Source: Raillietiella orientalis (Eukaryota). From it: a stretch of DNA of 64,000 nt. Both the position numbers and the translations under genes were made by a program. The stretch is from contig JAYWIR010000007.1 of the NCBI GenBank assembly GCA_036172245.1, forward strand, positions 620,001-684,000, in the 5' to 3' direction. The notes beneath the pieces are model-generated. The model did not search any database. It was not told where the DNA came from and was given only the letters and a program-made list of their open reading frames with translations. Shown one piece after another: positions 1 to 14,162 of the stretch. The first letter of the stretch is position 1. Each line of letters starts with the position of its first letter.

Positions 1-3000
1 AATCCTCCATTGATTTCCTGTTCCAGAAGTTTCTCTGCCAACAATCGGGGTCCACTGCGGGACTAGCAGTGGAGCGACGCGAAACCGGGGGTTCTCGGAA
101 GACTCTTCTGTACGATTTGGCGCGAGACGCAGCGGGCGCGGATTCGCTCGAGCGATTTCGGCTGCGACGGGCAGCAGCCGGCCTTTTCCTTCTGCTTTTT
201 CTCATTCGGCTGTCTCGCACCTGTTGGAAGCTCGGGATTCCGGCGGCGGCGCTGAGTCATCGGAGTCTCGCGTGAGCTACCTCGTTACAATCCCAGGAAA
301 CAGAGGAAGCAAGAAGAAAACGCCGCGTGCGAACTTATGCCAGCTCCTTTCGCGCCTCTTTCCTTCCCTTTTCTCCTCCCCCCCCCCCCTCCTCTTCTGC
401 TCCTACTCCTCGGGGAGGGGGGGTAGGAAGAAGGAACGGACTATTCCCCTGCCCCTCGGGACGACGTGCCAAGCCTCTTTCATTTATGCCGTCGCACGCT
501 GCCTTTAATCACGCAGCCCCGCGGGGAGGAGGCGTTCCCGGAAAAGTCTGCTACCTGAGATCGCAAGGAAAACCCACTGCCGATCCCGGCGGCTTCTCGG
601 ATGTGCGCGGGCGCGGCGAGGGGGTGGAGGGGAAAGGAGGGGAAGGGCCATACTTGCCGCTCCCCCCTTTCATCCCCTCATCGCAATTCTTGCCGCCCCC
701 GGCGAAGCGCGCAAGCATTTCCCCCTCTCCTCTCAGGGGATGTGGTGGCGGCGATCCTCTCGTGCTCGTCTCCGCGACGGGACGCTGCGATCGCGCGGCT
801 CACTCTGCTCGATCGCCTCTGTCGGCGCGTGCGCTCCCGAGCCGGTGGGCATGAAAACGGGCGCGCGCGCGCGAATCGCCGCCCCCGGCCGGACCCAGCC
901 ACCACGCCCTTTTTACTGCCGGAAACATCTCTTTCCGTCCGAGGTCACCTGCTTTCCTGGTAGCCCTCTGGTCGCGGGGAGCGCCCGACTCCTGCTGTCC
1001 CTTGCGTGCGCACGCGCGGTCGTTCCCACGCTTGCTCTGGACGCAGGAGGAGGCATGGAAAGGGGTTCAAGGCTCACTCGCGTGTTCCATCCATCCATCC
1101 ACGAACAGTGGGAAGGAAGAGGGTTCTACTCCGGGCTACCTCCCGCTTCCTTTTATCTTCCCTTTTCTTCCCCTCGGGGCTTCCCGAAGAAAAGCTGAAG
1201 CAAGGAGCGAGTGGGACCTCAGGGGGGAAGGGGGGAGGAAAAAGGATGGGAAAGAGGGAGGTTCCCGCACGCTGCTGTCGCAGAACGAGAATAGGAAAGG
1301 GAGGAGGGGGCTCCGGTAGCCCCTTGGGACAGGTCTGCAGGATGAACGGAAGAGGAGAGGCCGCTGCTGGTGGGAGGGGCAGGCACTGGCAACCCTCCCT
1401 TCCCCTGCAAGCAAGGGCTGGCCGTGAGAACGAATGGCCGGCGCAACGGGGAGTGGGGAGGTGGCGGGAGAGGGGGTAAGGGGGATCTGGGGGAGACTTT
1501 GCAAACCGAATGAAGGGGGACTCCTGGGAGCAGATCCCCGATTCTCGACTTCTTCCTCCTCGCCCATCCTTGGAAGGGGTTCGATGCAGGCGAATCTTTC
1601 CTCCCCCTCCCCTCCCCTTTCTTCGTAAGAGAGAGAAAGATTAACTCTCCGGACGCTCTTCACCAGCTCTCTTTCTCCGGGCAACGGCTAGGAACGTCCA
1701 GAGAGTCCCTTCGGCCACACCCTGGAGCGGGGGCTCCGGGGAATTCCCCGGAGCCAACAAGGGCCCTCACGCTGACCGCTCTCACGGTCAGAATGCGGAC
1801 ATCCGGGGGGTGCCCCTACGAGCGCACGGAATCGAGGTCGCGCTGCTGCGTGCGGTGCACACCTCCGGTAGGAAAGGAAAGGGTCAGAGGGTGCGCGTGA
1901 CAATTCCCTTGGGCGGCGCGCTCGCGCGTGCCGGCCGCGAGAGTGAGATGTTTCCACCTCGAGTCGCCCCGTCGCTGGAGGTGGTGGAGCAGAGAAGCCG
2001 TCGTCTCCGGGGCTGCCACCTCACAAGGAGTGACCCATGCTCGTGCATGGACGCAGCCCCGATGTCCACTCCGGCTGACCTTGCGAGGTAGCTCTCTTCG
2101 GGCGCGGACACGCGTCCGAGGAGAGGAGTCTCTAGGAGAGAAGATCGGATTTCTCCACGGAAACCACTTCGGCATCCGCTGCGCGCGTGGAGGCATCCTG
2201 AGAGTCACACCGCAGCAGCATCCAGACAGTGATTTGTCTCTGTCGTTCGCAGAGAAGAGGAAGAGAAGGAGAGCAAAAAGAGTACGAGAGTCTTTGGGAT
2301 GGGTCGAGCTCTCCTAGCCCGGTGTTTCCCAGTGGTTTACATTGCCCCGGGGTTTTTTTTTTCGGATAAAGGAACAGCTCTTTAAGCGGCGCGCATCATC
2401 CGCTCCTCGGAGTCGGGCAAAACGGAAGAGCGAGCAAGCGAGCGAGTAACGGGAATTTGCCCATGGGGCGAGCTTGGACGGATCGCGGACATGCGAAGAG
2501 GTGCCGCGGTTGGGAGGTCGCTTGGAGTGAGGAGCGGCACGGCACGGATGCGCTTTTAGGCGCCGAGCAAAGCTGCTCGACCGCAGAAACTGCGGAGTGA
2601 CAGGGGAATTTCTGGGTTCCCTTGCGTGCGCAGATTCTGAGCTCCTCTGAGCGCAGCATCGTTGTCCTTGCATCCGTTCGGAAACGAGGACGGCCGGATG
2701 TCCAAATGCTCTTCTGAAAAACACGATTCTTCTGTGGAGAGTGGCAGGAAAAAAAAATAGCCAACGAGGAGGAGCAGCGCAATTTTGTTAGGGACGCAGT
2801 GAATCATCCGCAGTGGAGGGGAGGAGCAGTCGATACTGTTGATATCCGCGGTCCGATTGATTCTACTTGTGAGTCCCGGAAGAGGGTACCCCCAGATGAG
2901 GTCTGCGGAATACCTGCTTGCTCTTCGGGCTGCTGAGAGAAGCCAGAAGAACGAAAGCATCAAACAGCGATGGCAGTGTGCACCCCGTGACTGGAGGTCT

Positions 3001-6000
3001 ATAAATAGCTGGACATGCCGCGGCTGTTTATAAACCGATAAGTATCAACAATGGACGGCGGCGAGCAGCTCACGAGAAACTTGCTACCTTGCCGACCATT
3101 GTTGGCGTGCTCCTAGAAACGCTACTAACAACCTGGTAGAGTCCTACCCTCTCAACGGATTGCATCCTCACGCGCGGTGGCCACTCGAATGAAAACCTGC
3201 TGCTCCCCCTCCTCTCCCTACTTACGGCCGAGAGAGAGATGTGTGCTCCTGAGCACAGGAGAGCCGGCGAAATCAGAGGGGGAGGGCAGGGCATCCTGGA
3301 AGTTTCTCGCCTACTCTCAGGAATTGGAGACTTTCTTTCGACGCCGCGAAAGGACGCGGAAGACACCACTAGGGACGGGGAGGGGAATGGACGGAAAGGC
3401 GGGGAGAAGGAGAGAATGTCTGTCTCCTGGCATGGAGGGAAGAGAAGGACGGGAGAGCAAGCTGAGAACATCACAACGGCCGAACCCCCTCGCTCCTATC
3501 CTCCCATCGCCTTGCCTCGTAAAAATCCACAGGGGAGGGGGGGTTCTCCAGGGATCCTGCTCCTCTTATCCCCCTTTCTCTGCCGCTGCCATCACTCTAT
3601 CTGCGATAGGTTCCAGGAACGCACGAAGACAAGGTTCCTGGGAACCCCTCTGGAGGCACGAGAAGAGGAAGAACTTGGGGAGGAAATTCGAACCCTATCC
3701 TCTCCCCTTTCCCGGTGGAATGGTAGGGCGACGAGGTGGCAACCTCCCCCGAGTCGTCCGGCCTTCTTCTTCGAGGCCACAGGCCCCCAATGGGAATCGG
3801 AAGCCGACAAATACCGGAAAGCCGCGAAACCGTTGTCCATGGGAGTGCCTTCCCCTTCCCTTCCCTCCGACCCATCTCCCCCTTTCCTCCCCGGAAGTTT
3901 CCCGCTTACTGCCAGTCCGAGAGGTGTGCCCAGAGAGAATTCCCCGAAATACCTGTGTCTTCCGGGCGCTTGGCTGCCGCCTCCTGAGGTCCTAAGGCTT
4001 CCCGAGGGGGGAAGGCCGCGCGTTCCCTGACGGCTGCAGTCCCCCCCGCACCGGGAGCGAGGGCATCAGGGCCATGGAGGTCCTTCCTTGGGATCCGCAG
4101 CGACGCGCCTCCTTCGCGCGCCCGCTCCGCCATGGAGTGCGGGCGCGGCGGAGCGCCGGCCGCGGCGGCGCAGAGCCCATGCGCCGCCGGTGGCGCGTCC
4201 CGTGAGGGAAAGCGCTGCCTCCGCCAGGAAGATGAGGAGACTCCCCCTTCCCCTCCCCCACCCTTGCTTCGACGTCCCCTCCGTTACCGCTGAGGTGCCT
4301 CCAGGAGAACATGCGCCTCCTCCTCCTCCTTCACACCTCCGTTCGCCTCGCGCGCGCTGGCGACTTCTGGATTCTCCGGAAGCTCTCCTACGCAGTGCCT
4401 CCTGGGGATCCCCGAACCGAAGCTGTTCTTCCTTCGTGAGAGCGGGAGAGAGAAGAGGGGGAGGGATCGAAACAGAAACCCGAGACTCACACTGAGGTCA
4501 TTCCTTCTCTTCTCCCAAGGCAATCCTCCCAGAAGAGGGCCGCAGGGCTGCGGCAAACCTTTCTCCGTGAAGCGACGGTCAAAAGAGGCGCGCAAAGGAA
4601 AGGGGAGGCTCAAGAGGAAAGGAAGGTCAGGGTTCAAGGGGAGCTCGCAAGGGAAGGTGTGTGTTCCAGGAAGCCTCCCGGCGAGGCCTCCTCCTCTTTC
4701 AGGACCCCTGACTTCCCGGGAGTGTGTGTCTTCTGGGCTTGCTTCGCCTCTACAAGGAAACCTCCGCCGTAGGTGTCCCAGAACAGGAGCGCGAAGAGGG
4801 TCTCCCGATGCGAACCCGAGGGGGAGAGGGCGCGCCTGTATTGGGCAGCGGTGCCATTCTGAGGAACTCCGCCAATCTTCGACACGCGGCGAGGGTTCGC
4901 CACTGGCTTCCCCTTTGCCCTTGTTCCGCCCCCTCCGAGACGCTGCCACCTCAGTCCTCTTCCCCCTTCCTCTCTTTCCGGATCCGGCAGGACGTGGCAG
5001 ACGCCATCTCCTCCGCACTCCAGTTCGGCGTCGCCTTCTCCGTGCACCTTCCAAGAAGGACGGGAGCTCTCGTGAGGGAGGCGCCACCTCCCGGCGGTGA
5101 ATGAATTCCGGAAAGTCCCTCCCCGGTGCGGAGGCTCTGCGCCCTGAAGAAAGGGAGCGAGAGTACCCAGGGAGTCAGGAAACACATGGATGAATCCTTC
5201 CTGGGACTGCACTCCTTGCTCGTCCTTGGACGACGCCCCCATGCGGCCGGCGTTTTCTTGGAGACCTTGAGGGACCATTATCTTTCCCCCTTCGGACCTT
5301 CGGGCCCTCGTGTCGCTCAGGGAGGAAGGGAGGGGTCCATACGACTGGCCTGTCCTTCGCAGCTGCTCTCCCAGTTGTGCACATCCGCATGTGAATTTCC
5401 CCCGAGTCACGGCCCGGTCATGAGCCTTCCCTCTGGGGTAACACTCGCAGCGCCTCGGGTCCTGGTCACCTCTCATTCTTTCTCTGCCAGCACGCTGGAT
5501 TTAGTGGAGCCAGGAATATCCCGAACAATGCCGTATCGATTCCCTCTAAAAATCGCTTCTTCCCGGATCCCCTTCTCCTCGTGTTGCTCGGGGTTCCCTG
5601 AAAAGCTTTCCTCTCCTTCCTAGGTATTCCCAGAGGAAAACTTTCAGATAGGCACCGAATTTTCCTGCAAGCGGACCTCGTCCTGAAGTGGCGAGAATTT
5701 GCACGATATGGGAGCACGCCTCCCCGAATAGGTAGCAAGGGGAGGGGATCGCTTTTCTCTCTGCCTCTTCCCTTGGGAGGGGCCGCGGGCTCGACCTCCG
5801 GGCTGGAAGGGGCTCCTTTCCCTCCTCACGAGGATCGCCGCATCGGTCCGCCCTGTCCTGTTCCCTGTATCTTCTTCCTGGGCCAAACTCCGCCCTACCT
5901 CCGCCGCTGCTACCCCGTCGAGTTTCCCGAGAGGGCGCTGGTGACCTCCGCTTCTCTCCGGGTTCATCGACAGGTGGGAGCAGGCGCCCGCGGCCCAGGA

Positions 6001-9000
6001 GGCTGCCTCAATCTTTCTTCCGCCTTTCTCAGATGGGGAAGGACCCTCCATTGCCGAGGAGAAGGTAGGAGGGGGGGAGGAAGAGAGGAGGAATCTCTTC
6101 CTTATTCTCTTCCTTAGGTCTCTAGGCTACTGACTAGCACGATATGGCCTTTTCTCGCAGGAGGGTAAGAACTCCCTTCGTCCCGTGGTTGTCGCGCAAA
6201 GAAGCCCTCCACACACCCTTCCGCCACCTCTTTCTCCCAACCTTTCCCTTGAAGTGGCGTTAGACGGGCGTAAAGACGCTTTCTCAGGAAGACTCCTCAG
6301 GGATTCCGGCTGGGAATCCGCCTTCGAAACGATGGCCGCGGGTCGGTTCTTAGGGCTCTGCCATCTTCAACGACTCGCATCCCCTCTGGGTCGTAGGAGC
6401 ACCCTCCTGTCGTCCAGGATTTGGGATAGAATGAGTGGTGTGGGACCTCTTGCACGTGCTGGTCGGATACCACAAGCGGAAGGAGCAGTCGAAGAGTTCC
6501 CGCAGTGCGTGCTTTCCTGGATGCGCCGGGGTGTTTATTTCGTATAGAAAAGAATAAACAATCGTAGTCTCTATGGCTGGACCACCGGTCCAACCACGTG
6601 CAACTTGACGGGAGCCTGCCGGATTTCTGGTACGCTGACTGGTGAGGTCCGCCACGGCAGCAGAGGGGATGGGGGGGCAAACCCAACAAACAAACAAAAA
6701 AAATTGAGGTCGGGAAGGGATCACGGGGGACAGTCTTCTGCATTCTTTCGAGGATGCCGGCAGGCTTTTGCTGCATGTTGTTTTCCAGGTGGGTTCATCT
6801 CGTTGCCATCCTCGTGAAGTGGACGGCGAAGTGGATGTGGCGCCCCTGTCGCTGTGCGCTCTTGCATCGCTCCAGACAGCAGACGGCTGCTAGCAAGGCT
6901 GCGGTCCGAAGGGCGTCGTGAACGAAGAGGGGTTTCAGAGCGTCCCTCGAGTTGCCTCCGGAGGTTCCTGGGGTGGCGGCAAAGCGTTCCCAGAGGGGCA
7001 GGAGGGCAACACAACCCACAAGGTGATGGAGGGATTCGCGCTCCCCGTACCCGGCCCAGTTGGGATCCACATACCCCTTCCGTGTCCAATGATGAAGGCA
7101 AGCGTTGCACGGAAGGCGCGCGTCCTTTCGAGGGGACGACCCTGCAACCTTCTCCTCACCCCTTTGTTCGCTTTCCAAACTCCCTGCTCCCCACCCCAAA
7201 TCCCTCAACTTCGCTCTCTTCAGCACCGACTCCAGTCTGCACTCGGCGGGCAGCTGGTGGGAAAGCACTCTCCTTGCCGTTTGAGAATGGTTCCTCAACC
7301 CGACCTGTGGACGGGCCCATCACAGCTCGGAGCTTTTTTCCGCCCTCTGCCCACGGAGTGCTCCAGAGATAGCCCCGCTGTTGAGGCAGCACCCAAATGG
7401 ATCCTCATCCTGTTCCGTTTCCGCCGGCCGTTTTTCCTCTTCCCCTCCGTCCATCAGAAACAACTTTCCCTTTCCGCAGTTGCACTCTCCCAGGGAAATT
7501 CACGGCTCTCCCTCTCGAACGGAACAAACGCCATCTATAAGGGAGTCTAACGAGTCTCGTCCGCTTTTATTTGGGGATCAGAAATTAAAGGACACAGGAA
7601 AAAAGGACAAAGTGGAACAAAGTTGGCGACCCGCTCATTAGCAAGGGAAACCCTAAGCGGCTTCAGAGTCATCGCGACGGATCCTGCAGCACTCAATCTG
7701 TAAGAAACCGCTTCTCCAGGACTGTTCCGTGGATTTCGAAGTGCTGGCGGGATTCGGTCGCTGACGTCAGCTCGTAGAAAACATTAGCGCTGCCTCAGGG
7801 GAACAACAGAATCCTGGCAGTCGCCGGGTGAAAAACGTGTAACTACCAGGTTCCCTGACGGGAATACATGAGCGAGGAGGAGGAGGAGGACGGTCTCGCG
7901 CAAACGTCTGCGTGACAGCCGAGGGAAGCGTGGGGAACGGTGGCGGACGGGCGTTCGTCTACCCGGCCGGTGGCTGTCTCGAAAGCAAGATGTCCGCGTT
8001 TCGCCCTGGCGTTGTTGCGGGCCCTGGAAACCACTCTTCTCACTTCCCGGACGCTGGAGTTCCCGAGATCCGGGAGAACGAGGAGCCATGAGAGCGGGTA
8101 TGGGAGCCAGCGGCGCTCGCAAGAGTGTGGCTGGGTTCTGGTAGCCGCCGCTCCGACCGGGACGGCGAAGTTTGCTGTTCCCCAGTTTCGAAGTTGTGCA
8201 TCTGGAAAAGGAGATGTTTCTGTCCTGTTGGCACGCGGGGGCCAAGTCGAGTAAGGAAAAAATCCAAAACAAAACCAAAGGGAGGAGGACCTCGTAGAGT
8301 GGCACCCGCGTGCTCCAAGAGAGCACGCTTGCGCTTCCGGCGGACAAATCGAGAGTCCTTCTTAGAATCAAGAGTCCTTACCTTGTCGTGTCTTCGCAAG
8401 TCCGAAGACACGACAAGGCCGCTGCCGGGAGTCGTTTAATGACTCAGGACATCCGGAAACGCTTGATGCTCTCCTGTTTCAGGGGATCACCGGGATGGGG
8501 TGGGACGCATCCTGAAACGAGCAGCCTCACGCTCCCTCCGTTCGACGGTGCAGCTTTCCTGGTCCGCTCACAGGCGTGCGAAGGAGTAGCAGGCAGCGAG
8601 AGGCATCAGGGGGCGGAACGGGTTCCAGCTCTTTGGCCCCTCTCGCAACCTCACCGCCATCCCGCGGAATTCGCCTCTGTCGCTGCTGCGACCTCGCACC
8701 TCTTTTTGCTGCTGTTGATGCTGTTTCCGGTTTCAGCCTGAGGGAAGGGCAGGAAACTCTGGCGGGAATCTCTCCTTCGGCGATCGTCCTAAGGATCGGG
8801 CAAGTTTGTGTGTTGCGTTCCAAGGTTCCTCGCGGCTGAAGGGATGCTGGCCTTTCTCCCAACAACGGCCTTTCGACCGCTGTTCCAACTTCGTGGATGC
8901 GTGGGTCCACAGCCTCCCTCGGAGACGAGCCATTGGGAACACACCCTCGAACTGTCAGGAGTGAGCCCCAGGCAGTAGCCTTTTTCACCGTCCACGTGCA

Positions 9001-9084
9001 CGGAAAGGGTGCTTCCTGCTTGGGATGGAGGGGGCTTTTCGACAACAAACCGTCCCGCGTCCAGGTCGAGGACATCTCCATTGT

Positions 9085-9300
9085 GGTCGACTCCCATTTG
9101 TCCCGGCCCTCATTGGAGGGCATCGGGTTTCAACCGCTACCAGTGCCGCACCCGGATGAATGTAGGCCAACCAGCGTCTTCTTGCGGGGTGAACTCGGAA
9201 CCCACGACGCACTTTGTCGATTCCTTCGGAGTATTCGAACCCACAACGCATGGTGCCACGAGCAGAGACCACCGTAACCACATGGCCTTCGACGCGGGCC
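9085..9300 (-). mobile_element. Head-only (3'-truncated) copy of the tRNA-derived SINE, subfamily B
   Basis: The minus strand reads GGCCCGCGTCGAAGGCCATGTGGTTACGGTGG...GGGTTCGAATACTCCGAAGGAATCG...GGGACAAATGGGAGTCGACC. This is colinear with 43221-43463 (A-box-like GTGGTTA, B-box GGTTCGAATAC). Similarity stops at ~9085. Confidence 0.85.
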
Positions 9301-9446
9301 GTGGAGAGATACCCAAACCAGGCCTTTTCGACCACTTTCCTGCAGCATTTTTCCCTCCAAACCGTCCGACAGGCCGTGGGGAGATACCCAAACCAGGCCT
9401 TTTCGACCACTTTCCTGCAGCGTCCTTCCCTCCAAACCGTCCGACA
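9297..9446. repeat. Direct tandem duplication, 2 x 75 bp
   Basis: GGCCGTGG(A/G)GAGATACCCAAACCAGGCCTTTTCGACCACTTTCCTGCAGC...CCCTCCAAACCGTCCGACA occurs at 9297 and again at 9372. Confidence 0.95.
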
Positions 9447-11537
9447 GATGATCTTCATTCAGATGAGGACACCAATCTTCCGTTCAGCTTGCAGAGACGC
9501 ATCCACAAGGCCACCAGCGACAGGACGTGTCGAACTCGAGGGGTGACGTCATCACGATTCGGGATGGAGTCAGAGGAAGGCTCGAGCTCTACTGTGGGAC
9601 TTTTTCGTTTCCCGTGGAACACAGGAACCTCCTGCGGTCCATTTTTTCGAGACGTCGCGCAGCTGCTGGAAGAGGTTGGGAGGGTTTGGAGATATTTCTG
9701 GACGCGAGTCTTTCGGATTCCATCCACAAGCTCCAGGGAATGCTTTCGGAAGTTTCTTGGACCTGGCTTTTGGAAGTTACCCTTCGGGGCACTTGCGACT
9801 GAACAGTTTGCTTTGAGACTCCAGCGGGACTCTCTGTTTCATTTGAGTTCTCGAGGTTACGTCACTCGATCCTACCCAAGAATTCAAGGTTATTTAATCC
9901 AAGTTTCAAGTTTTCTGATAGCCGAAGAGAGAGAGCGTGGAATGCAGCAGCTTTCTTTCCTCGAGCTGCTCCAATTAAAACTTGCACACACCGCCAGAAC
10001 ATTCCTTTCCTAGCTGCAGCAAGACTTATTTCGATCGGAAATTTAACACAATATAACGCAATAACTTCGAGCCTAGGGCGAGATTCCATGGAAGAAACAA
10101 AAAACTTTCTTCTCACGTCGGTAAAGCTGGTCCAACAGAATTAGGGGGTGACCGGGAATATGCATCTCCGCAGCTGTGGATTTTTTTTTTTTTGTTTTTG
10201 CGTTCGCATGGCGCGCCCTTTCTCGGCCGAGGCGCCTCCATTTTGAACGCACGCTTCCATTGTTGGCCTCCAACGTAACGGAAGAAGAATCCATTTTGTT
10301 TTTGCTGCCTTTTTTTTTGTTGTTGTTGCTGCTGCTGCTTCCGTTTCCGTCGTTCACAACATGAGGGAGTGCGTCTGCTTCGAATGAGGAACGGCGGGGG
10401 TCGAGGAACATTTTTTATCTGTGATGTTTGCTCGGAAGTGGACCTCCAGAAGCGATTCTTCCTCCTCCAGAAGAAATGTGCGTTCACCTGGAGAAATCCA
10501 CGGGTGCTGCTTCCATAGCGGGCAAAACGAAACGGCTCTTCGAGCAGATCTCAAACTGCGTAAGGCATATTAATTCTTGCATGCGATGTAACTCCCTTCG
10601 TTATCTTTACTGTGTATCCCTACTCCGACAAAGTGTATCGCGCATTTCAAGAGCATCCAACGTACTTTCACGAGATTGCTCCGAGTTCATCTGGTTTCGT
10701 CTCGTGTTTATTTTGATAGCTAATATGCTCACCTTTTTTTCCCGCTTCTCTTTTGAGCACTGCAGAGACTCAATATTGCTCCGTTCCGAGTTTAAACGCA
10801 ACGATTCATCGATTTCACAGTCCTTGCGAGTTTATTATGATTTGTCTTCAAAAAAAAAAAAACACACACAGCAGCAGCAGCAGCAGCAGCAACCGAATGC
10901 CATTGCTCGGCTATATTTAAGAATAAGATTTTTGCTTTCTGTCGAATCCTCGGACCTGCAGAGACGGAAATGAATGGGAAGGAAAGGAGAATGCTATGCC
11001 TCCTTGTGGCTGAAGAGCGTAGGTGGTTGCGGTCAATCCGCCGCCAAAGTGGCACCAGGCGGAGCTTGGCGAGTGGCTCGAGGTGTTAAACGCGATTCAT
11101 CCTCACTGACCGTCCCTGCCGTTCCAAAAATTCCACCCGGAGCACGGCTCTAAAATTCGATTTTCCATCAAACCTGATTGATTGGAGGAAACTTGAGAGT
11201 TCTCCTGTAGGCCGGGAAAGGCGATGCAGGAGGGTATGTGCAACGCGCCAGAATAAATATCAATCAGGAAGCCTTGATAAGGCAAGAAACTGATACATGG
11301 AAATTTCACGGATGCCGAGATCGAGCGAGGACACTGCCAAATACGCCTGAACACGGGAGTTGAAAATTTAGGACAGGCAGTCCATCGTCACACGCCTATC
11401 TCAACACGTTGACTGCAGGGTGTCCAAGCCAACGTGGCAGTGAGGTCACGGGGTGGCGCCGATCTCGTCTCCGCCGCCTCCTGCATGCTCCCTGGTGGAA
11501 CCTGGCTGCGGTGCCGCCGGCCGGGGAAAAAAAAGGG

Positions 11538-11542
<5 letters not shown>

Positions 11543-11571
<29 letters not shown>
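11543..11571. repeat. (CA)n microsatellite
   Basis: Visible uninterrupted CA run. Confidence 0.95.
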
Positions 11572-11573
<2 letters not shown>

Positions 11574-14012
11574 CAGCGGACGCACCACGATCAGCCCAAT
11601 CGAATATTGGTCTGGGGAAAAGCTTGGAGCTTGCGAGGCAAGACTTGCAGGCTTGCTGCCTGCATCCGCTGAAACGCTCCCAGCACCCAGCAGCCTTTCG
11701 CACGCGACCGGGGAAGACCTTCCCGACGTTCGTTTATTCATTTTTCGGCCCTGATCGCTTCACTCAAACCAACTCGGGGGGAAACTGCAAAATGTGGGGA
11801 ATCGAATCCGGAAATTATTTCCCGTATAAATCTCAATGTACTGGAAGGAGAGAGCCAAGACAAAAGGAACAGGGTATATTGTCTTGCGGACCATTAATCT
11901 GGCAAAAAATTCATACGGCTGTCTGCCGTCTTCCTCGGACGCCAAGTGAGCAGATTCCACGCTGAGCTGCGACGACGCCGAAACGGCTTTGCAAATGGGC
12001 GCCCGCGTGCACGACGTGCGTGCCAATTCGCGGATGAATTCCCTTCCGCGTTCCTCCCGATTCTGGGATGCCGAGACGCCCTGCGACTCTCTGCCGTGGT
12101 CGCGTATACTCGCAGTCAAACGGAGGGCAGGCAAAAAGGAGGGAGTGCAGAGGGAGCGACAGGAAAAGGATGTTTGCTTTCATCGGGCCAAGTGATAACT
12201 GGGGGACAGGGAACCCGGGGAGACTTTATGAACGGGTGCGTCCTCAGGAAGCTGCATCGACATGCAACTTGCAGTCTACAGGAGAGGGGGGGTTCCGGTT
12301 TGGCCCTCCTTTTACGGAGCTTCTCGAATCATCGAATTCTTCTTCCTCCTCCTCCTCCTCCTATTCTCCCCCTCCCCTCCCTCCCCTTTCTTCTCTTCCA
12401 GGGCTTGTAGAAACGACTTGGGCAAACCTTGGATTCGAAATTTCGCTCCGACGAGTATTTCACTGTCAGGAACGAAACTGGAGTTCACGGATACGCGCTA
12501 ATGGTACCGGTGAAGATACCTCAACCTTCAGTGGACAGCCACATTCTTTAAAAGGAAAAAGAACAACGTGGAAAAGCGAGAGAGGCTTGCAGGGGCAAAC
12601 AAATTCATTGCCATACTCCGTAGACTCTTGAGCAAAGAAATGTATCGGAGCGCAGCTGCATTTGCGCCCCCTGTTTTTCCGCTGAAGCGTTCGAGGAACT
12701 CAACGGTTGTTTTCATCGGGGCGGAGGGGGGGGGGGGAGAGAGAGAGAGAGAGAGAGAAAAAAGAAAAATTCTGATCTTCCAGCTGAAGTTGATGCATTC
12801 CCCTGGAACCATCGAAGAGCCTCATCGAAGTCAGGGTTAGCGAATCTGACCAGTCACTGCTCCCGAAGTAACACAGCTTGTGTACTTTTCAAGCATGATG
12901 ATCGATAGCCGATGATTTTCTCCTGAGCGTCTTCTGCAGCCAGGACCAGGGGAGCTCCAAAGCACGGTGGATCGACGACAGATCCACGAGGATCCGCCGC
13001 GCGCGCGCCCAGTCGGCCGCGTCCGCCTGCCGAACCCTGACAGAAGCCGCTTCGTCATCGTCGAAGAAGCGCGCTCTTTGGTGATGGGATCACGTCGTCA
13101 GATCCTCTTCCTGCTACGGACCCCATGATTTATGGATGTTCACAACGGTTAAATGATCCCCCGTTTCCAAAGGCCTCCGGAACCGAGCGGGACAGGTGGC
13201 GCGCGCACCCAAAGCGACCGCGAGCGCTCTCCGTGACGGTACCGCGCAACCTCCCGAGAGAACGTGAAATCACACGGCTGCCCGCCAAACCGAGATGGGA
13301 GTAAAGGTCGTGGGCGCCAGAGGAAAAGAAGGCGAGTGAGCGTTTGTAAGCGGGCAGCGTGGGTACGAAACCCACGCGGAGTGGAGGGCGAAGCCGCGCT
13401 GAGGTGGCGCTCGTGGACTCGCGGAGAGCCCAAAGGTTCAACGGCTCCGTTCTCGAGAGACGGCACGCGACCTTTCAGGGGGGGAGCCCGGTCCTCTAAG
13501 GTGCGGAAAGCTCCCCCGCGTTGCTTCTTCGCCTTGGGCGTCGTCTTTTTTTCTCTTTCCTTTCCTGCTGTGCGTTTCTTATTTGGAGACGATTGACCAC
13601 GCGGTGAAGCCGGAGTGTTCTCTTTTTCTTCTTCCGTCGTCCTTTCTTGGCCTATGACGTCAGCATTCCATCCCTGGCCGGCAGCTCCAGGCTGAACCTT
13701 CCTGCGCGGAACGCAACTCGCTTCGCGTCCACCGTCAGGCCGCGCTCAACCACTCGGTTCTGCCTCCGTGTTACGGCAGCTACCTCGGAACCTCTGCCCC
13801 AGAGACGACTGTTTCTTCAGGTCCGTCCAAGAGCTAGGCAATCTCGCTTTGCTTTCAGCTCGAAGCTCACCTCATTCTCGTGTGCTTTTCACACAAGCCT
13901 GGATTTGGCTACCTCATCCTGTTCCTGAGTTCCTGAGTTTTCAGTTTGCACTTCCGGTTCGGAGTCTCCAGATGGTGCACAAGGGACCATCAAGGAAGGA
14001 ATCCGTAAGAGC

Positions 14013-14162
<150 letters not shown>

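Noticed and set aside
3712..3800. tRNA-like motif GGTGGAATGGTAG...GAGG-TGGCAA-CCTC
   Set aside because: It has no B-box/T-arm and is too degenerate to call.
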